Source of the DNA: Tubulanus polymorphus
Lineage: Eukaryota > Animalia > Nemertea
Length of the DNA stretch: 64,000 nucleotides
Direction: 5' to 3'
NCBI RefSeq assembly: GCF_964204645.1
Contig: NC_134036.1
Location: forward strand, 8,887,477 to 8,951,476
The position numbers and the translations under genes were made by a program. Positions 11,275 through 22,844 of this stretch are shown here, one piece after another. A model generated the notes under the pieces. That model was not told the DNA's origin. It saw only the letters and a program-made list of their open reading frames with translations, and did no database searches. How positions within the stretch are numbered: the stretch's first letter is position 1; every line of letters starts with the position of its first letter.

Positions 11275-11550
11275 CAACTAGAATTCAACTAGAATGTAAC
11301 TAGAATTCAACTAGATTAACAAGCTAGTTGAAATATTGTTGTTTTTATCTATATCTTGTTAAATCTAGTTGATTTTTGTTCCAACTACCAATAACTAGAA
11401 TTCAACTAGAATGTAACTAAAAATATACTAGATTAACAAGCTAGTTAAAATATTGTTTAATTTTATTTGATTTTTGTTTCAAATGCCAATAACTAGAATT
11501 CAACTAGAATGTAACTAAATATGTAATAGATTAACAAGCCAGTTGAATTT
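11275..11550. repeat. Three ~100-110-bp intergenic tandem repeats built on AACTAGAAT
   Basis: AACTAGAATTCAACTAGAATGTAACTA...GATTAACAAGC(T/C)AGTT recurs at ~11276, 11393 and 11491. Confidence 0.8.
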
Positions 11551-12147
11551 TAATAAATTTATATTTGAATGGGTGTTGTAATCTAAATAGTAATTTTGAT
11601 CTTTTATTATTTTTCAATTTATCCATATATTCATTACGTAAATCATGTGGAATTATATCATTTTCCTCAAGTGCCATTTTTCATCTTTATTGTAGAATAA
11701 TACTACAAATCTTATATTATCCCTAAAGTCTTTAACAATTGAATTATATTTTTGATTTAAAACCCAAGTTGTTATCCCAAAATGTCTACCAGAAAAAGCT
11801 AAATAACATAACTCACTCTCTCTAATTTTTGTATCATGTAAATTTGCACAATCATCTACAATGAATAATGTATTTGATCCTTTATGAATATCAATTGCTA
11901 TTTTTATACAATTATCTAAATTTTCTATTACTGTTTTAGGATCTAATATAATAAATTTATTATTTCTAGTAATATTTCTATCATAAGTTTGATTAAATTC
12001 ATATGTTGGACAAAATAATACTATATTATCAAAATAGTTTTTATAAACAGTTTCTAATAAATTTAATATAAAATAAGTTTTTCCACAATTTGTTACGCCA
12101 GAAATTAACATTTTATGAGGTTCAAATATAAATAATTCCTTATTCAT
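11530..12147 (-). pseudogene. A32/FtsK-like genome-packaging ATPase, 3' frameshift
   Basis: Walker A GVTNCGKT, Walker B LFIVDD, GRH and Q motifs; continues in another frame past 11653. Confidence 0.9.
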
Positions 12148-13247
12148 TTATATATTTTTAATTTTACTTGATAATATCCATTCATTGAATTCATCTGGCC
12201 ATCCAACCCATTTTACTAAAGAATATTTTTTTCTTTTAACAGTTTTTGTTTTTAATACTTCTTCAATTTTATATTCTTGTTCTAGATTTTCAGTAGTTAA
12301 ACTCAATTCTTCTTCATAAAAATACCCATCAACTTCTTCACCATTTAAATGTTCTAATTTATAGACATATGGTTTTATTGTTATAACATTTTTTATTTTA
12401 TATATTTCCCTAGTAAAATTTCGATCGTATCCTTTATCAAATATCTTTTTATACTTAGAAATTCTAACATTTTGACCAACTTTAAATTTAGGTTTACCAA
12501 AATCATCTACAAGAAATGCCACATATAAATTATTCAAAACTATTTCAGCATTTTCAGGTTTTCTAGCATCAATAGGTTTCATTCCAATAGAAGAATGATA
12601 AGAATTATTATATCCTTCTATCAATTTTGGTAAAACATCAATCCATATATAAGTATTATTTGCTGTGAAATATTTCCACATTCTTGTTCATAATGTTCTA
12701 TTAAATCGTTCAACAACTGCTGCTTTTTTATCTGATTTTGTAGAAAAATAGTTAATATTATGATTATCTAAGAGTTCATGAACAAGTGAATTATCAAATT
12801 CTTTTCCATCATCAAATTGTATTTTTTCTGGCTTTAATTTATCATCCGAAAGAAATTTTCTTAAAACATTTGATGTTTGTGCAGCATCTTTTCTATAAAG
12901 TGTGAAGCTCCATACATAGCGACTAAAGATATCATTTATATTCAATATCCACCAATAATCATCATTATCTTTCTTAACATTTTTCATATCAATTAAATCT
13001 CCTTGCCACTGTTGATCTACATAACTTACCATAGTTTTACGAGATTTATATTTTCTAACAATTTTTTTATGTGTTGTATATGTTGGTTGTTCTAACATAA
13101 ATTCATTTATATCTTTATATTTAACTTAATTTTTTTTTACTTGGCGCCATATTTTTTTACAGAAGAATAAGCAACCGAACTCCTAGGGTTGTAATATAAA
13201 TTTCTTAAATATTGTTCTTTAGTATTAGGAGTTTTTTTACCAACCAT
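12148..13247 (-). pseudogene. Retroviral-like (rve) integrase with C-terminal chromodomain
   Basis: LYYNP, WQGDLIDM, DIFSRY, QFDDGKEF, AAVVERFNRTL, YNNSYHSSIGMKP, chromodomain LVKWVGWPDEFNEW; in-frame stop at 12688 and a 5' frameshift. Confidence 0.92.
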
Positions 13248-13277
13248 TTATATATCGTTAATTTTAACTTAATATTT

Positions 13278-14527
13278 CTAATATTGAATACTTTCTAATT
13301 GAGAATTCATAATATTTAATTGCGCGTCAGATATAATATAAATGTGCATTTTGAAATTTAAGCATCCTTTTTTCTTTTTCATGAATAATTGGATCCCATT
13401 TGGATCTTTTGTGTTCTGTAATTTCTTCCCAGATCCATGAAATAGATTATCTTCAGTTGTTCTAAAATCTAACCATAATGCGTATTTATTACCGGTATAA
13501 TAATCAATTTGATGAATATTACAATTTTCAGATGATTTATTTTTTTCATTCATAAAATGTTTTCTAATTTATGGCCATTGATCTATCATTCTCATTCCTT
13601 GGCAAAATATTTTATTTGCTATACCTTCAATAGTTATTTCTACTTTTGTTATTTCAGTATTATAATAATTGTCAACATTTATTGCGCCATTAGAATATGT
13701 AGCAATGGTAAAAAATATTAATATACCTTTAATAGATCTTCTTGGGAAGTTAATATTCTCATTAATTATTTCATCATTTGCATTAAAAGTTACAGTTTCA
13801 AATTTATCAATATAATCATATAATAATGGAAATCCCTGATTGTATTGAGTTTGAATTATGCTAGCAATATTTTCATCAGTTACTGTATCATATTCTAAAC
13901 ATATATTCGATAATTTATAAACCATATCTTTAACAACGCTAGATAATACAATTTCATTAACAGGAGCAAATGTTATTTCGAATATAATATCTTCTTGAAT
14001 TGCGTATTTATATAAAGGCGCATTATATTTATCAATTCCAAATCTAATGGAATTTCATATTTCCTTCCATAAATCTTTTTTATTAAATTATCTATACCAT
14101 TAGTTACTACTGCGTTATTAGCTTCTGATCTTAACTTATTTTGGTTTTCTGATTGGATGCCCTGGAATATCATATTATTTCTATTTTCTTTTGTTAACCA
14201 TAAATCTTTATAATGCGTAAATAAATTATAATCATCCAATGAGAAAACTGTTTCTGGTCCAATCTTTATAGTTAATTTTTTAATCAAATATCTTCCAACA
14301 TTATTAACAACATAATTATTATTATTGCCAGTTACTTTTATATCAGCTGATAAATAAATACTATTTGGAACATAAAAAGTATTTTGATTTAATCTCGGGA
14401 TTCTAACATATAAAGTTTCATCAGGATTAATATTAGAACGATTATGGGTAATTATATGATGAGATCTTTCTGCTTTAATAGCATGAGATATTCTTGAATT
14501 CTTAGAAGGATAAGAACTCCCACTCAT
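13278..14527 (-). pseudogene. Major capsid protein (double jelly-roll) of Polinton type, two disruptions
   Basis: About 415 codons in three pieces; VVNNVGR.LIKKL, YKLSNICLEYDTV, INFPRRSIKGILI, LWLDFRT...HGSG, HIYIISDAQLNI; typical position beside integrase and ATPase. Confidence 0.75.
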
Positions 14528-14548
14528 TTATTTGATAAAAAAAATTAA

Positions 14549-15090
14549 TTATTTATTTTTCATCATATTTACTAACCCAAAAATAATAGCACTAACAATT
14601 GTAATTAAAAGTAAAATAATATGTTCAGCAGCAAAGTTAAGAATATTCCCTGCAGATTTCAATATAAAACCAACAATTGATGCAATAATTCCGGGCAATG
14701 CTGCAGCAGATTTTTTAGATAGTTCCCATAGATATTTTGCTAATTTTTTTAAACCATCCTTAACTTTATCTTGTATAGAATTATTACTCGGGGGTTTATC
14801 GGTTTATTAGGAGTAGGTGTAGATTTCCGTGAATTTGATATTGCTAAGCCTTTTGTTGTAAATACCATAGTTACAGCTGTTAGAATTGAAAGAATTGTGA
14901 TACCTTCTAATTTAAATAATAATTTTATTCTATCTTTTAATGATATTTCAGAATTTGGTTTTATCAGCAAATCTTTAAAAATAACTTTTAATCTATTAAT
15001 ATTATAATCATATGATTTTAATAATAATTTAATTTCTTCTTTCTGTAATTCTTTGTTATATTCTAAATCATCGTTTTCTTTTTCTAAATA
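14549..15090 (-). pseudogene. 3' part of a Polinton membrane-associated protein, frameshifted and 5'-truncated
   Basis: EGITILSILTAVTMVF...; second frame KKSAAALPGIIASIVGFILK...IILLLITIVSAIIFGLV. Confidence 0.55.
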
Positions 15091-15153
15091 CATCAACGCA
15101 AATTTCAATCAATATCAAGCTGTGCAATCATTGGTATAATTTTAGTTGTATTG

Positions 15154-15255
15154 TATAAACGCACGCAATATATATTATCATTCATCGACAGGTTCTGACT
15201 CGAGATAACGAGATATTTTTTTCGAGAGCCGAATACGTTGAAACGAGCGACCAAA
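15154..15255 (+). promoter_or_regulatory. TATA box and predicted non-coding first exon of knottin gene B
   Basis: TATAAA at 15154, donor GTAAGC at 15256; homologous to 308-418. Confidence 0.5.
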
Positions 15256-15943
15256 GTAAGCGCAGTGATGAAATATTCTAATATATATTTTTCATTATCT
15301 AACGTTTTTAAAAGAAATAGCATTATACAAAATGTATAAGTAAAATAGATTAATTGTCATTGTTTTGTCAATTTCGCTAGGGTGGTGTTTGGTTTATGGC
15401 GAAAACAAGGGTGGGGTATAAGTAGTGACAGTGTTACCCTTCTAGTCAATCCTATCCCTTATTTGATAATCTATCGTTTCTTTGTTATATCTATTTTACT
15501 TTTCGTTTGAATTTTGTGACTATGATTTACGTTGTTTTTATGTAAAGAACGGTTACGAATATCAGCCTGTTGTTTAACTTTTATTTCACTGTCTGCCCCT
15601 TAAGTTTCGGGCTCCAATATAATATATTATGCCATTTCGTCGATTTCATATTAGTCTAAATTTGCCAAAAAATTATTCCCTGAATTAACCTTAACTGTGC
15701 TGTTACTGATGAGACTAATTTTGACGAAACTCGTAACGCTTTAGAAATGCAGAAAACCCGTTAACACTGATTTGTGATATCAAATACATTTTTTTCTGAT
15801 GCAGCAATAGTTTAATCCTGGTACCATTATCAGAAAAAAAATATTCGCTGAGAGCCTGTTGATAACTGTTAAATAATCAGATTTTGGGAATTTCCAGATG
15901 TCATTGCTAACCAACAAATCTAATTCAAATTCTAGGCGCTAAA

Positions 15944-16891
15944 ATGCTTGCTTATCTAATGACTCGCGTATTATCTAATGACTCCTGTGATTTTGGTCAG
16001 CGCCATGGCATTTGTGGATGCACGTAAGTAACTGGCTAAATAATGCATAATTTCCTAGAACTGTATTGACGATATCAATTTTAAGTCGCAATTATTAGTA
16101 AACATATACATTAGACTATAAAAAATTTATAACCTGTTTCTCCGCTCTGCTGAGCTAAAAAGTTGGCCCGGTCGGCCCCCTATCTACCCTATACATTACT
16201 TTTTGAAAATTGTGATCAATTTTACCATAACAGACCCGCTATAGAAATGAACTGTTTACAAATTGTATCATATTTTACAAAAACATATTTTTTTGTTTAG
16301 CCTTAGACAATGCCTCCACGCGTACAGTTTCATTTTTCGACCGAATTAAGCGGCCAACAACCAAATTGCCCTGATTTGAATTCCGCAACAGTTTCTATCG
16401 CCATATTTTGCTATTGAAAATCAGTAGCAAACGCAAATCTTATTTTCATTTTACCTAATCAAATGGATTACCGGATATCGGTATCGGTTTATGCAGGGTT
16501 TATTGCAATATTTGGTTATCGATTGAACGTATTGATTTGAAGAATTAAATTTTATACCGAATATTTACGTATATTCTGACAAAATTCATCAATTTATTCG
16601 ACGTTAAAATTCGGTTCTGAATACATATAACTCCTGTTCTTTTGTTGATCGACAATGACGAGGTGCATCTATCATCATCATCATTGTCGTCGTCGTCCGG
16701 ATCATCACCAGTCCTACATCCGTTGGGGGTTTCAACCATCAACGGGGTTTTTTCTCCTAATTTCAAGTTAAAAAATGTTTCTCTTCAAAATGCCATTTTC
16801 AGGAGATCCGAATTGCAAGAATGAAAACGACTATTGTCCCCATAGTTCTGACTGTTGCCAGAACAATTGTAAAGCCGGATTGTGCAAATAA
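15944..16891 (+). CDS. Secreted ICK/knottin toxin-like peptide B; signal exon to 16023 (frameshifted from ATG 15944, in frame from ATG 15978), mature exon 16803-16891 RDPNCKNENDYCPHSSDCCQNNCKAGLCK; possibly a pseudogene
   Basis: Acceptor ttctag at 15935, donor C|GTAAGT at 16023/24 (phase 1), acceptor ttttcag at 16802, same Cys spacing as gene A, homologous 3' UTR, AATAAA at 17051. Confidence 0.75.
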
Positions 16892-19154
16892 TCGTCGGTG
16901 ATAAGGGTTTGTAAATGGATATATTTGTGGTTGTTTTGGAAATATCCGTTTATGAAACTGAACCACAACCGACTGACTGATTCGGTTAAAGCTCGAATTC
17001 ATATTTGTATCTCAGTCGTCAAATCCCGTGTTACCGGCATAATAAGATTCAATAAAAATGCAGCCCAGTGAAGTTCGTTACTTTTTCCTTATTCCGTTAC
17101 TTATTGAGAATTCATCTCCAAATAAGGAACGAGGGACCATCACTTGTTCCTTATTCAGATTTTCTCGTTACCGATTCAACTCTTGTTACCGGTTCAACTT
17201 GTTAATGTTTTTTTGTGTCTCTATTATCACTTAAACACCATAAATCGAATCGGCGTTATGGTCTTAGAATCGGCCCATCCTCCGGTATCGATTATCCCCT
17301 AAAAAACCGACAGGCAACCTCTTACGACCTCCCCAGAGGGTTGTTACCTATTCAGAATTGTCTGATTCGGTTTTCTTTCTTATATCCGCCAGGTGGCGCG
17401 CAGATATACGCTAGTCCGCAGTCCAAACATGTTTACGTAACCAGGTCTCGTCTGCTGATTAACAACTTCGACCTCGACCTGGATCGAGCCAATCCAGACG
17501 TCTGCCCACTGCGAGCGGTTACCCGAGCTCAGTCGCTGTACCTACGTCACTTAGTTGCGTTTATTAATATCTAGGTTTCAGAATGTATTGCTCGGTCGTT
17601 TTTCCCGATATATAGACTTTCATAATGGCCGTGTATGAGATGTGCAATGAAATGGTGGTAACGATTTAAAATTCATTTTATCGACAGCGCCACGGCGCTG
17701 GAGCATATTAAGTTGATCGAACCACCTGGTGTCTTCCAATACCACCACCTAGTGGGCTCAAATTCAAGTTCAAATATACTTTATTGATACTCATCAAATA
17801 TACTTAATTGTTACTTTATTCAATACTTTATTGTTCCCAGTACTGCAAATACATCGGATTTCCGCAATTAAGTAGACAGAACACAAATAAAATTAAGAAT
17901 TTTTTAGTATTCAGAAAACAACGTACCTGTAATTTTTCAACTTTAATTAGCAATGAGATAATTTTTTGCGACACTCACGGATGATGTGCATTCCTTTTCT
18001 GGAAGGCTGATCGGCTCTTCCCTGAAAAATTAATTTCTGAATCGACGTCCCGTAATGATGAATGCTATTTTTAGATCCCCTGATTTCAAAATTCAAAAAT
18101 ATAGATTTATATGAACCTTAGGTCTACCCTTGTAATTAACAAATTATTCGAAAGCAAAGATCTTGCATTCCAGTTTATTCATTTTAAGCAGTTTCTTTAT
18201 TTCAAGCCGCCGAATTGATTCTCTAAATCTCTTTGCTCTTCTCGTGACTTGTATTCAATTACATTTTCTATTCTCATTCTACAATTTGTACGTGAATACT
18301 ATCAACGGTAGCATTTGTTTATTTTCATTTCGTTTTTCATAATGATTTTGTAATATTTAAATCTTCATTTTATCGCGCGGGTGCTTCCGCTTTTAAACTG
18401 TTCGTTTGTTACTTCCGATTTTGTAATCTTCATTAATTTATTCATTCTTTATGACTTCTCTGTCTCCAAAATCGGAATAATTGTATCCTCAGATACAATA
18501 GGATCTTGATTTTTAATGACTTTGCAAAACCACCTGTCGCAGTATATTTCCTTTTAGAAATATACCTTGTACATTCATCACCTAATCGAGAGGAAGTGCG
18601 GTCAGTCACGCATGCTCTCTCCTAGCGACGGTTTGGTCCGTTATATCGTGAATAACCGGTTTATCTACCTTTATTGCGCATCTATTTGTTCAACGGGGAA
18701 TTTGCATTCGGAAAGAAACAACAATTTTTGCTAAAGTTGTTTTTGTTTTCATTCATGAGCGATAGTTTACTCGGCATACACTTGCGTAAACGCAGACGCT
18801 CGGAAACGTTTCTATGACGGCATCGCCTATCCATTAGCTTGATTTGATGGTGAAACAATGATTTAACAGCTAAAAAACTTAACAAATGGATGTTATACAA
18901 ACGTTCTGGTAACGTTTTATTCAATCGTTACAATGTTGTAATTAAACATTCATTTAACGTTTATTTGCTACCTGATGATTTCGCTGAAATCGCTGAAGTT
19001 TCATCAACGATCGTTGTCCAATAGCGAATGAATATTGGTTTAAGTCCAGTATAGCGTGGAATAGTTCCCGACTCAAGGATACATTTATAGAAAAGGAGTA
19101 AATCGGTTCCCGATTGTCGACCGATTCTACTCGTCGACAATGTCTACAACCCCG

Positions 19155-20700
19155 ATTGCAGCAAAATCAACTGATGATCAATGAGGTGAAGTTTTCATTT
19201 ATCTTCGGATATTTGTCTACCCCCTGATGATACAAGCTTTTTGGCTACACCTTTTGAAACATCAACGCTTTATTTATACCCACCAATTAGTCAGCCACAG
19301 ACGATTTTCATGCCATCTGACCTCTTTCCACCTGTAATTAAGCAATGAAATGTAATAATAACTCGGTTATATAATATCATAGAGGAGTGAAAGAAAGTAT
19401 AATAACTGATTACTTATCCAAATATTGTAAACATGGCAACTGAAAAAAATAACAATTACATAAAACGTCAAGTACTTACAGCATCTGAGACAGTTGCGCT
19501 TAAGTTACGACGATGACGAAAAAGTTTGATTTGGAACGTACCCTTGTACACTGTGGTTTAAATTTATTTCCACCGGCTGCAAGAATCGGCAAAGGAATTG
19601 AAGACCGTAGTGACCAGTTCATTCCATGATTAATAGCTGGAAAGAAAGTAATCGAAATTAATAGTCGTACACATAAGTGTAAACCAGCCCCTTACTATCA
19701 ACATAGGCTTTCCACTGTCTCTATTCACTACATTTAGGGCCTATTCTAGGTGTAACCACCAAAAAAGCTAGGCAATGTAGCTAGCCAACAATGATCATTG
19801 CTTCACCGAGTACTCATTTGCTACCATACGTACTAATATTAAAAAGAAATCATGTAAAACATTCCCTGGTTAACGGATTCTCACCTTAAATTACGTAAAA
19901 ACTACTGTCGTTGTCGTCGATCTGAGTCGTCGAGTGAACGCGGAAGTAAAATTCGGTATGAAAATTTCTACAATTTCTGTCCATATTACGTTGAATCGAG
20001 CCAGAAATCTCCAGGAAATGTAGCCAACGTAAATTGATTTACGAATAGAATTAACCAATTGACTCACTTTAAGGATCATGGTTTCGTGAAATTCATTAAG
20101 GTCCTAAAACTCACGATAAATTTAATTAAGCCGAAAATGATTTCAACCATCCGCCATGTTTCATTCATAAGACACTTATTACGCACCGGCTGTAGTTATC
20201 GTTCGTGGGAAATGACGGATCCGGACTAATTGTACGTCCGATTCCGTGATTTACGGTTGACTTTGAAGGTCGTGCAGTAAATTTTAGGCTTGCAGGGGTG
20301 CACTGTTAACAATGGATGACGATTCGTTGCGTTATTCTTCTCGCTGTTTAGACCCGGTAATTATGCGGGATTAATTCATAATAGATTACTATACGCAAAT
20401 TCGAAATCGTCAGGCGCTGAGTTATATTTCTGACAGAATTTAAAATTACGTTTATAAGCTGTTGGTAGTCGAATCTGGGAGGAGTTACATTTTAAGAAAA
20501 AATTTTGGCTGGAAAGTGGACCATTTATAATAATGATAATAATAATCAACAGAAATACAAGAGGGTTTCTGCGAAAGCAGCAGAAACCCTAATAATAAAA
20601 ATAATAACAATAATAATACTAACAATGACAATAATAAAGACAACAATAACAGTCGTTGTAAATGTGTTGTTCTATACCAGAAGACGAAAGGTCGAGTGAA
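19155..20700. repeat. Left arm of a large diverged inverted repeat
   Basis: Reverse complement aligns with ~24060-24993 plus 32527-33305 (e.g. GCCAACAATGATCATTGCTT vs AAGCAATGATCATTGTTGGC). Confidence 0.85.
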
Positions 20701-21188
20701 TAAAAAAACAAACATAAAAAGTAATTTTAATTCCAAACTTATCCTGGTCCCGATTTTAAGAAGTACCAAATCTATAAAAAAAAGATGGACCATGCTTTGA
20801 GTGTTTCTACAATTTAACACAATTTGTGTTCTCTTGACTAGTACTTGCAGAACCTGGTTTACATCGTACGATCGAGCTTAAATCCACGTTTTATAACAAA
20901 CAAAGCCTCTAGCCGAATTTGATACCGGCGTTTATGATAGCACGGGGAAGGGGGTGTGGGCATCTTCACCCGTCAAGGAATTCGAACTCACTACGCGGAG
21001 TTGTTACTATGTGGTCACAAATTATTTTTTTTTCAAACAAACAACGATTTGATTTTTGATTTCGAAAAGCGCATGCTAATCATCGCTTCGACTACCATTA
21101 TTGTTATTTGTTGCTCTTAGGTACCGGTACTCTCTGTTTATTTTACTTTGATATAGTTTTACTCATCAATTTATTTGTAATTACTTTT

Positions 21189-21528
21189 CAGCGGCGGATC
21201 CAGGGGGTGCACAGGGGGCACGTGCACCCCCTTAACGTCCTCCACATTTTTATCGACAGACCGTTCCGTAAGAACGAAGGCAAGCATGTGAAAAATGCCT
21301 GACAATGCGTAATCTGATGTCGTCGTTTACAATTACCAGCGCTCTCTACGGCAGTCCGACATCGTTCATAATAGTTGTGAAAATCACTATTCAAATTACG
21401 AGGTAAATCGTACTCTGATCGTGCCCTTAACGCGTTTCTGCACGTCTAATTTTAGAAAATTTTCCAGACCCCCTATTTGGGATTTGTGCACCCCCTCTGC
21501 ACCCCATGCTATCCTGGATCAGCCGCTG
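21189..21528. mobile_element. hAT-like MITE
   Basis: TIRs CAGCGGCGGATCCAG / CTGGATCAGCCGCTG with GGGGTGCA/TGCACCCC subterminal motifs; no clean TSD. Confidence 0.6.
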
Positions 21529-21701
21529 CTTCAATCAGTTCTCTCTAATTTGCGTCAGTCTGTCTATAAAAACTGTTGTTTTTCCATTAACTAAACTCAT
21601 TCACCTGATGGAGCTTCTATAAATTAGTAGGGAAAGCACGTGCATCAAATATATAGTTAACCTATACAGTCCTACTTGTCTCGTAAATTAGTGTGTTCCA
21701 C

Positions 21702-22844
21702 CTATGTATTCAAAACGTATTCACCACAATTCCGTTTAAACGAAAAAAAAAACGCTTTCAGTTGATTCCGAAAGCGACGCCTCGAAGCGCAATAGATGAA
21801 GAAATTATTAGATGCTATGATCATTCTTATGATATATTGAATTTGGTTCATTATCGTTGTTAAAGAGCGTCTACCAATTATCCCGTTAATAGTTGAAATA
21901 AGGTTCGTTATAGCTGCATCGACCATAAATGCTTTCTTTAGTAAATAGAAACATGAAATGAGAACTAACGTCAAAGTTAAACTACGGTCATTGTTGCTAC
22001 TGCAGCTGCCTTTTAAAGTTTGTTTATTTGAAGTGATGATTTTTCTCGCTGCTCCTGCGCGTTTCAACGTAAAAACCAATCGTATAGTTATTAGGACCAC
22101 AATCACTGTCGGGATTATAGTAAATATAGGAGCGCGGACAAAAGAATTAAAGTATCTTAAATATCTATTTTTACCAAATGGCGTCAATTTCTGGGTCCAT
22201 CTCTCGTGTCCAGTGCACGGATTAATGGAACGACGAGTATAATACACGAAATACGCATTAACCCAACCACATAGCGATATTACTACAACTAGAACTATGC
22301 TAATATAACTTCTCTTTATGTTTATGATTCTTATTGCTTTCAGGGGCCAACAAACAACGATATATCTGTCTATAGCGATTAACAATGTTATTAGATCGCT
22401 GACATTGGAAAACGACTGTGCAATGCGTTGCGTGTATGAATAAATGCGCTTCATAGCGTGGTTCATTTCAACATTCATGTCTAGTAACAGTGTGTGACTG
22501 TAGAGCCGATAGTGAAAGTCGAATACGATATAAGACGAACAATGCAGCATGTCAATAACAGCCAAGCATCTCAAATAGAATATACTGGTGTTTTTTGAAC
22601 GTTCAAAACTGAGAATGACAAAAGACAGTAAATTTGAGCCGAAACCGAAGATAGCAACACAGAAAATGACGTAAGTTGTGATCTGTAGATACAGATTCAC
22701 GTGAAACGGTTTGTAATCAGCGTGATGGATGTATTTACACCGTGGATGGGGTTTAAATCCTGCATTCTCAGTAGTGGTTGTCAGATCTGATCCGTTCAGG
22801 TCGAGAATCTGAGCGCTCACCGATACATTCTCTAGAGCCATCAT
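21702..22844 (-). CDS. Single-exon rhodopsin-family GPCR, FMRFamide/peptide-receptor-like
   Basis: First ATG at 22844 (MMALENVS); N-glycosylation sites, seven hydrophobic segments, LAVID, IDRYIVVCWP, NNFFIY..SRRRFR. Confidence 0.9.
   Translation of the reverse strand: MMALENVSVSAQILDLNGSDLTTTTENAGFKPHPRCKYIHHADYKPFHVNLYLQITTYVIFCVAIFGFGSNLLSFVILSFERSKNTSIFYLRCLAVIDMLHCSSYIVFDFHYRLYSHTLLLDMNVEMNHAMKRIYSYTQRIAQSFSNVSDLITLLIAIDRYIVVCWPLKAIRIINIKRSYISIVLVVVISLCGWVNAYFVYYTRRSINPCTGHERWTQKLTPFGKNRYLRYFNSFVRAPIFTIIPTVIVVLITIRLVFTLKRAGAARKIITSNKQTLKGSCSSNNDRSLTLTLVLISCFYLLKKAFMVDAAITNLISTINGIIGRRSLTTIMNQIQYIIRMIIASNNFFIYCASRRRFRNQLKAFFFSFKRNCGEYVLNT

Larger units (their letters stand above)
9402..15090. 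mobile_element. Truncated Polinton/Maverick (adintovirus-like) remnant 2, morphogenesis and integration module
   Basis: AGTAGT terminus at 9402; dense intronless genes for capsid, integrase and ATPase; very AT-rich; ends where homology to the knottin promoter begins. Confidence 0.9.
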
